A stretch of DNA of 64,000 bases from an uncultured virus (IMG/VR IMGVR_UViG_3300003690_003362) (lineage: Duplodnaviria > Heunggongvirae > Uroviricota > Caudoviricetes). The notes beneath the pieces were generated by a model that saw only the letters and a list, made by a program, of their open reading frames with translations, did not search any database and was not told where the DNA came from. The position numbers and the translations under genes were made by a program. The stretch lies in the IMG/VR virus record IMGVR_UViG_3300003690_003362; one strand, written 5' to 3'. Positions 58,554-64,000 of the stretch are shown piece after piece; the first letter of the stretch is position 1; every line of letters starts with the position of its first letter.

Positions 58554-59501
58554 TTATATTTTAACAGAAATTAATTGATTTGCTTTTTCTCCTAGCGCAA
58601 CCTTCTGGCCGAGATATTTAACCTCAGATATTGGTGAAAAACCTTTGCCAAGTACAGCTTCCGGCACATTCTCTTTAAACCATGCATTGATTTTTTTCAC
58701 CGTCTCTCTGAGATAATCTCTTCGTGTATTAATATGTTTAACATCTCCCTTGCGACAATGAAAAATAATATGATGAGGAGTTCTGTTTGTTGCATCTTCT
58801 TTAAATAAGTTTGCAACGGGCGTAAGCGCCTTTGTCCAACAATCTTGTTCGCTAGCCACATAAACTCTAATTCCACTAGTGGGATCAATCTCGCCTGATC
58901 TCGCAATACCATAGTTGGTCAAAAGGATATTTTCTAACTCAGAGCGTGTGTATCGTTTAATTGTTTGATTGAGAATAATCTTGCCACGCTTGAATACAGC
59001 CTTAATCATCTTTTGCCGTTCCTCGTATGAAAGGCCCTTACAATTTTTCTTAAACCAACTATCAAGCGTGTCAAGGACTAAAGGGTTGTTCCAGTCTTTT
59101 CTTTTCACCAAATTTATAATTTTATTACCCAAAAGACCTCCAATTAAAAGAGAGTATACTGTAAAAATAGAATCCTCTCGGGAATTAGCTCGATGCACTT
59201 TCGTTGTATGTTCGTTTTCTTGGTGTTGCCATTGAAGCCATTCAAGACTGGCATTGGTATTTAAATTGTTCTCATAAACAACGCACTTAATCTGATTATA
59301 CTTATTGCTTTTTTTGTGTTTTCTTTTGAGGTTTTGATAGGCAGAATATCGATGACAGCCAGAGCGAAGAAGATATTTAGATTTATTGTCATCTGTGGGG
59401 TCTACATGAACGACCTCCACATGAATCTCTTCTTCCAGGCCACTCGATTCAATGCTACGTAATTTAGAAGACCATAATACAGTTGGTTCCCATTTTTTCA
59501 T
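58554..59501 (-). CDS. ParB/Srx-like N-terminal domain protein
   Basis: SIESSGLEEEI..YLLRSGCHRYSA..QENEH pattern. Confidence 0.55.
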   Translation of the reverse strand: MKKWEPTVLWSSKLRSIESSGLEEEIHVEVVHVDPTDDNKSKYLLRSGCHRYSAYQNLKRKHKKSNKYNQIKCVVYENNLNTNASLEWLQWQHQENEHTTKVHRANSREDSIFTVYSLLIGGLLGNKIINLVKRKDWNNPLVLDTLDSWFKKNCKGLSYEERQKMIKAVFKRGKIILNQTIKRYTRSELENILLTNYGIARSGEIDPTSGIRVYVASEQDCWTKALTPVANLFKEDATNRTPHHIIFHCRKGDVKHINTRRDYLRETVKKINAWFKENVPEAVLGKGFSPISEVKYLGQKVALGEKANQLISVKI

Positions 59502-59592
59502 ATTTTCCTTATGCCCTATTTACAGGGTCTTATTTAAATGCTCATTTACGAGCTATAAAATCAGCGTATCATATTTTTAATATTCTGTAAAG

Positions 59593-60525
59593 TTAAATTT
59601 GTAATATTTTTTGTATTAAGAGTGTGGCTTCATCAAATAATATTGCAGAATTCTTTCTTTTTTCAAACTCTTCTTTTGTCATTTCTCCGACATCTTCATA
59701 ATCAGATGTGTTTATTTTGTAAACTTCAATACCGTGAGAAATGAGCGAATTAACGATGTTTAAAGCCTTTGTTTCTGCGTCCTGATCAAGAGCTACGTAT
59801 ATTTGCTTAGAGTGCGCTAGAAGGGCTCTGAAGAGCTTAGAGTGCGTGTTTAAGGTTGAACCCAATAAAGGTATAGAGTTCGCGGCATTAATCGCGTCAA
59901 AGATGCCCTCAACTAAAATAATTGGCTCTTTCCAGTTGATCATCAATTCATTAAAAACAATATTTTTTGATACTGGCGGATTCTTATATTTCATCCAATC
60001 GTCAGTATAACTTCTAGCAATGAAATAATTGCAATATCCACTAAAATTAAAAGAAGGAATAATAATTCTATTTTTATATTCTCCTGTATTACAAAAACCT
60101 ATTTTCCATTTTATAATATCGGAATAAACAATCCCTCTTTTTTTAAGATACTTTAAAGCTGCTTTTGCATCTTGAGTATGTACTTTGTTTGCTAAACAAA
60201 TATATTCTTTTGGAAGTTTAATACGTTGTTCTTGTGTTGTTTCTTCTTTTTCTTGAAATAACGCATCAAAATCTGAGATGTCGACATGCTCTTCAAAACT
60301 TCTCCACTGTTTTCTTTGAGTCCAGTTACCAAATCTCTTAATAATATAAAAGATATTTCGACCACGAGTATCGCAGATCCAGCATTTAAAAGTACTTTTA
60401 AGCAGGTTAATTGATAATTTGCGCTTGTAATGTTTGCAAAAAGGACATATAAATAAATATTCGTCGTTCGAACGATAGTAGTCGCCTAAAATCTCTTGAA
60501 GAATCTGAAGTTTTTCAGAGTACAT
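59593..60525 (-). CDS. DNA primase
   Basis: CPFC..CWIC Zn finger, YLKKRGI, RIIIP, YKNP, TOPRIM VEGIFDA, LDQDA, DVGE. Confidence 0.9.
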   Translation of the reverse strand: MYSEKLQILQEILGDYYRSNDEYLFICPFCKHYKRKLSINLLKSTFKCWICDTRGRNIFYIIKRFGNWTQRKQWRSFEEHVDISDFDALFQEKEETTQEQRIKLPKEYICLANKVHTQDAKAALKYLKKRGIVYSDIIKWKIGFCNTGEYKNRIIIPSFNFSGYCNYFIARSYTDDWMKYKNPPVSKNIVFNELMINWKEPIILVEGIFDAINAANSIPLLGSTLNTHSKLFRALLAHSKQIYVALDQDAETKALNIVNSLISHGIEVYKINTSDYEDVGEMTKEEFEKRKNSAILFDEATLLIQKILQI

Positions 60526-60568
60526 AGATTAATAATATCACACGTGAATTGAAAGTCAAGAAATTATT

Positions 60569-60793
60569 TTAAGTTGCTGGCCTTAAAGCCCATCGATGGT
60601 GCCTTCGTGTATCAGATTTCCAGCGTACAACTATGTTGCCTTTTTTGCCTGGTTCTACAGCGACAACTTTGCCTACGCCTAGATCATCGGAATCATGTTT
60701 AACACTGTCCCCTACTTTATATTTTGCTTCATTTAATATTTTTGTAAGTTCTTCTTGGATAAGCTGTCTTAATTGGTTTTTAGTTATTTTCAT
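60569..60793 (-). CDS. Small protein: N-terminal tag plus SH3-like domain
   Basis: MKITKNQLRQLIQEELTKILNE then YKVGDSVKH..GVGKVV..VVRW. Confidence 0.65.
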   Translation of the reverse strand: MKITKNQLRQLIQEELTKILNEAKYKVGDSVKHDSDDLGVGKVVAVEPGKKGNIVVRWKSDTRRHHRWALRPAT

Positions 60794-61320
60794 GTTTGTC
60801 GCTCGTTCTTACTTAAATAGTATCCAGCTTTAGCAATCACTAAAGAATCAGCCTTATCATAAATACCTTTTATAGGATTTCCATTTTTAGTATATACTGC
60901 TTTAAATTTTTTCTCATTTTCTAAAACATGTTCTAAAACAATCTCTTTTGCCTTTTGTCCTCTTCTGATTTTTATACCGCAGATTTTTCTTGCTGTTGAG
61001 ACATGTATATAATTTGGATCCATATCAAAGATTTCTCTTAGAATCCAACAACAAGCACCATTAAATCTTTGAAGTTTTGATATAACTTGGGCTGAACTTC
61101 TTCCTGCCGCAAACATTCCCAAGGGTTCTTCAATATATATTTTTTCAATTGGATACTGTATTGTCATAAAACAAGCCTTATCTTTAATAATATCAAGTTT
61201 TTGATAAAAAGACAAATCTTTTTTATCAGTTCTCCATGCTTTACAATAAATCAAATCACCATGACGATCTAAAACCGTTGCGCCAGTGATTGAAGTGCTT
61301 ATATCCAATCCTAATATCAT
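60790..61320 (-). CDS. ruvC: RuvC-like Holliday junction resolvase
   Basis: ILGLDISTSITG, YIEE, DKADSLVIA acidic catalytic motifs. Confidence 0.8.
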   Translation of the reverse strand: MILGLDISTSITGATVLDRHGDLIYCKAWRTDKKDLSFYQKLDIIKDKACFMTIQYPIEKIYIEEPLGMFAAGRSSAQVISKLQRFNGACCWILREIFDMDPNYIHVSTARKICGIKIRRGQKAKEIVLEHVLENEKKFKAVYTKNGNPIKGIYDKADSLVIAKAGYYLSKNERQT

Positions 61321-61325
61321 AATTT

Positions 61326-62795
61326 TTAAATATCTATTTTAAGTTTAAACGTATATTCGTCGGTCTCTAATTTTCTTACTGGAGTTGAAACTTTGGCAAT
61401 GCCAATAAGATTTTTATCTTTATCATAAATTCCTACTTTATTGATAAAAGTTTGTTTTCTAAAACTAGCTGTATGCCCACATTCATAAGAACTACTAATA
61501 GTGTTCTTGATGTCAACAGAAGGATTCTCTTTATAAAAAATTGAACCAGTCATAGAACTAGTCACTTCACCAAACTTAACATAAGTTGGATTATTAGACC
61601 AGTTTAAATCGCCTCTTCTAGCGTGAGCCAACATTGTAACAGTTGGAACATAGTTTGTCCCTGAAAAGAACATAGAAAAACTTGAAGATGGAATTCCATT
61701 ATCAATTTCACTACTCATTCCAGCGCCAAAGTATTTCCATCTAGAAGGAAAATTTCCAGCAGCAATACCTTTGTATGTTGTTTCATCATATCCGTCATTA
61801 AGGGAACCACTGAGATTCCAAGAGCCGGTTAATAAAACAAATCCTTCATTGTATAATACAATTCCTGCAACACTTCCACTACCTCCACTTCCATTTGGTC
61901 CAACTTGAATTAATTCTCCATTTTGATTTTCATCCTTAAGTTGCCCTATTAAACTACCTGTATTATAAAATTTTAAGTCGACTGTTCCTTTTTTAATTGA
62001 ACTTCCATAAAAAATTGAAGGTATACTAATAAGATTAAGCTCCTGATATCCTTTATCCCAGTTGCCAGAAGAAGAAAATTGATAATGTTTGCTTAAATGC
62101 GTATAACTATTTAATGTCTCCTTTAATCCAACAATGTGTGGTTTTAATAATTTTGGTGCATCATCTATGGTTTTTTCACTATCAATAACTTTTACAGGAT
62201 CATTGAGTACTATGTTAATCTGAGAAGCGGGCTCCATGGGCACTGGTTCAGATGGAAACCCTTCTTCAAAAAACTCTCTTACTATAGTTGCCGACAATGG
62301 GTATGAACCAGTAAGAATATCTCCATATTTAAAGTCTTCATTAAACTCTTTAGTTGTAATTGTTTTAAAAGAAGCAAAACTGCCTTTTTTTGTTATAAAA
62401 GGATATATTAAATTTGTAGATTGATCTAATCCTAATTTATTTAATTTTTTTATATTTTCAGCTGCTGATGCATCACGATCTATGTTTAATTCATATAAGC
62501 TTATATATCCATCGGGTACATGTTTAACGAGGTTCTCACCCGGAGTTATTGTTAATGTTGCACCATCTTCAACAATTATTGAACTCACATCATATATCGG
62601 ACCCTCTAATTCTAGACTTTGTGGCGACGGTAAAGTAACTGTCGCATCTATAACTGTGGAGGTCGCTGTTCCTTCTAGTGAATATTCATTGCCATAGTAA
62701 ATATTTCCGCTGTAAATATAAAATTCACAACTTGGATGAGTTTTTATTTGATTGACAAAAACATCATCTTCATTAAATTTAAAATAACAAGACAT
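61326..62795 (-). CDS. Virion structural protein (baseplate/tail associated)
   Basis: SIKKGT, GIVLYNEG, NWSNNPT, VGIYD..IAKVSTPVRK..FKLKIDI; paralogous C-terminus with next gene. Confidence 0.6.
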   Translation of the reverse strand: MSCYFKFNEDDVFVNQIKTHPSCEFYIYSGNIYYGNEYSLEGTATSTVIDATVTLPSPQSLELEGPIYDVSSIIVEDGATLTITPGENLVKHVPDGYISLYELNIDRDASAAENIKKLNKLGLDQSTNLIYPFITKKGSFASFKTITTKEFNEDFKYGDILTGSYPLSATIVREFFEEGFPSEPVPMEPASQINIVLNDPVKVIDSEKTIDDAPKLLKPHIVGLKETLNSYTHLSKHYQFSSSGNWDKGYQELNLISIPSIFYGSSIKKGTVDLKFYNTGSLIGQLKDENQNGELIQVGPNGSGGSGSVAGIVLYNEGFVLLTGSWNLSGSLNDGYDETTYKGIAAGNFPSRWKYFGAGMSSEIDNGIPSSSFSMFFSGTNYVPTVTMLAHARRGDLNWSNNPTYVKFGEVTSSMTGSIFYKENPSVDIKNTISSSYECGHTASFRKQTFINKVGIYDKDKNLIGIAKVSTPVRKLETDEYTFKLKIDI

Positions 62796-62809
62796 ATTAT
62801 TTCCAGATC

Positions 62810-64000
62810 CTAATAATCTAGTCTAACACGAAATGTCACTTCATTTTCAGGAGTTTTTTTAATGGGCTCTGAAAGTTTTGCAACGGCCACTAGGCGCTTT
62901 CTTGCATCATAGAGACCAATAGAAGTGACATATGTAACTGGCGAATCGACTGATACGTCTTTTACTTGAATCTTACTTCCACTAACATATGTTGGATTAG
63001 AGCTATAATTAAACTCATTATGATTTGTTCTACAAAAATAGACAGTTGAATTTAATTCTGTCGTATTATTAAAGGAAATATTATAAATTCGATTGCGAAG
63101 CGAATTTGCGCATGTTTCAATATTAGATCCAGTAAGAAGATCAGACATAGTTTCTAGATATTCGTTTGAAGTGTCCCCGGCCGGTAACATGTCGACTCCT
63201 GATCCAAGTCCAAGTATTGATTTGGGTGTGACAGCTCCGCCGACAAAAGTAGATTCAAGTAGAAGCGCGCTTTCGAACCCGGTACTCGCTGCGAGGACGC
63301 TTGCCACGTTTCCTGCCGGGCCGTGCGCAGTTATGGTTAAAGTGATCTTGGTGGTTTCTCCGGTGGAGAGCGCGGCCGTGAGGCCAAGTGTTCCAGCCGT
63401 GAGAACTGAATTGACAGCATTGGTTGCATAGCCTACCGCAGCGTTGGCGGTTCCATTTATGGCGTTGATAATCGCAGTGGCTTGCTTGGCGGCTGTATTT
63501 GCAACATCTATGGCAACTCCCCAATTGTTGGCGTTAGAGAGGGCATTGACCGCATTCGCGTCGGCTACGAAGGTGAGTTGGTGGGCGGTTGCATCACCGC
63601 CTGCCGCGGCGGGAACTGTCATTGTAAACGCATCATTTTCCGCAACACCTGTGGTATCAATCGCGTCGGCTAATGTTGCTTGAGCATCGGATGTAAGTAC
63701 CGATCCGCTAAGAACAGCAATACCTGCTTGATAATAAACTAATCCACATGGAATTTGATTAAGTCCATCGTTTGCCATTGTTAAACTAGCACTTAAAACA
63801 TTTGTTCCTGCGCTAGCTGTTGCAAAAAGGACTCCATATTCACCTGCGGGTGAATTAAGTTTATATCCGTCTGAACCACTAGCATCTGTAATTTTTATTC
63901 TTTCTGCAAAGTTATTGTCTCCATAGGTGCCCGTAACAGATGCCCCCAACTCTAGTGAAAAAGAGCCCTTCTTAATTTCATCTTTAGTCAAAAGCCTAGA
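62810..64000 (-). CDS. Virion structural protein, 5' end beyond the window
   Basis: EIKKGSF, GLVYYQAG, FNYSSNPT, IGLYD..VAKLSEPIKK..RVRLDY. Confidence 0.6.
   Translation of the reverse strand, partial: SRLLTKDEIKKGSFSLELGASVTGTYGDNNFAERIKITDASGSDGYKLNSPAGEYGVLFATASAGTNVLSASLTMANDGLNQIPCGLVYYQAGIAVLSGSVLTSDAQATLADAIDTTGVAENDAFTMTVPAAAGGDATAHQLTFVADANAVNALSNANNWGVAIDVANTAAKQATAIINAINGTANAAVGYATNAVNSVLTAGTLGLTAALSTGETTKITLTITAHGPAGNVASVLAASTGFESALLLESTFVGGAVTPKSILGLGSGVDMLPAGDTSNEYLETMSDLLTGSNIETCANSLRNRIYNISFNNTTELNSTVYFCRTNHNEFNYSSNPTYVSGSKIQVKDVSVDSPVTYVTSIGLYDARKRLVAVAKLSEPIKKTPENEVTFRVRLDY

Noticed and set aside
1272..63683. All plus-strand ORFs in the track
   Set aside because: Short shadows antisense to well-supported minus-strand genes, with no motifs or RBS
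1..64000. Stop-codon reassignment, CRISPR array, integrase, inteins or a diversity-generating retroelement
   Set aside because: Genes are full length in the standard code with all three stops used; no spaced repeat array, recombinase, intein termini or reverse transcriptase seen

Overview
64-kb segment of a large, AT-rich, T4-like (contractile-tailed) bacteriophage genome, with essentially every gene on the minus strand in the standard genetic code. From left to right on the + coordinates: (1) a replication/metabolism block (class II ribonucleotide reductase, DnaB-like helicase, IscA/ErpA, archaeal-type GAPDH-like protein, ClpP-like protease, 5'-3' exonuclease, deaminase, RecA/UvsX, gp32-like SSB, tubulin/FtsZ-like protein, short family-A polymerase) containing tRNA-Ile2(CAT), tRNA-Arg(TCT) and an unusual tRNA-shaped RNA with a 114-nt structured insert; (2) tail and baseplate genes (hub, LysM, tape measure, chaperone with probable frameshift, tube, sheath, terminator, neck); (3) head genes (major capsid, scaffold, fibre/decoration proteins, bS21, prohead protease, portal, large terminase); (4) a probable lysis region, SbcCD, Hsp20, ParB-like protein, primase, RuvC and two more structural genes. 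The most notable unexplained signals are the tRNA-scaffolded RNA with its own promoter, a kissing-loop leader RNA, a recurring MKITKxxLxxIIxEEL tag on unrelated late proteins (one copy pair brackets a beta-strand cassette with 27-bp direct repeats), a GltF/CglF-like gliding-motility protein, and a ~150-aa module inserted into two different virion proteins. Several essential genes carry small indels that look like assembly errors. All protein assignments are from motif recognition by eye, not database searches.
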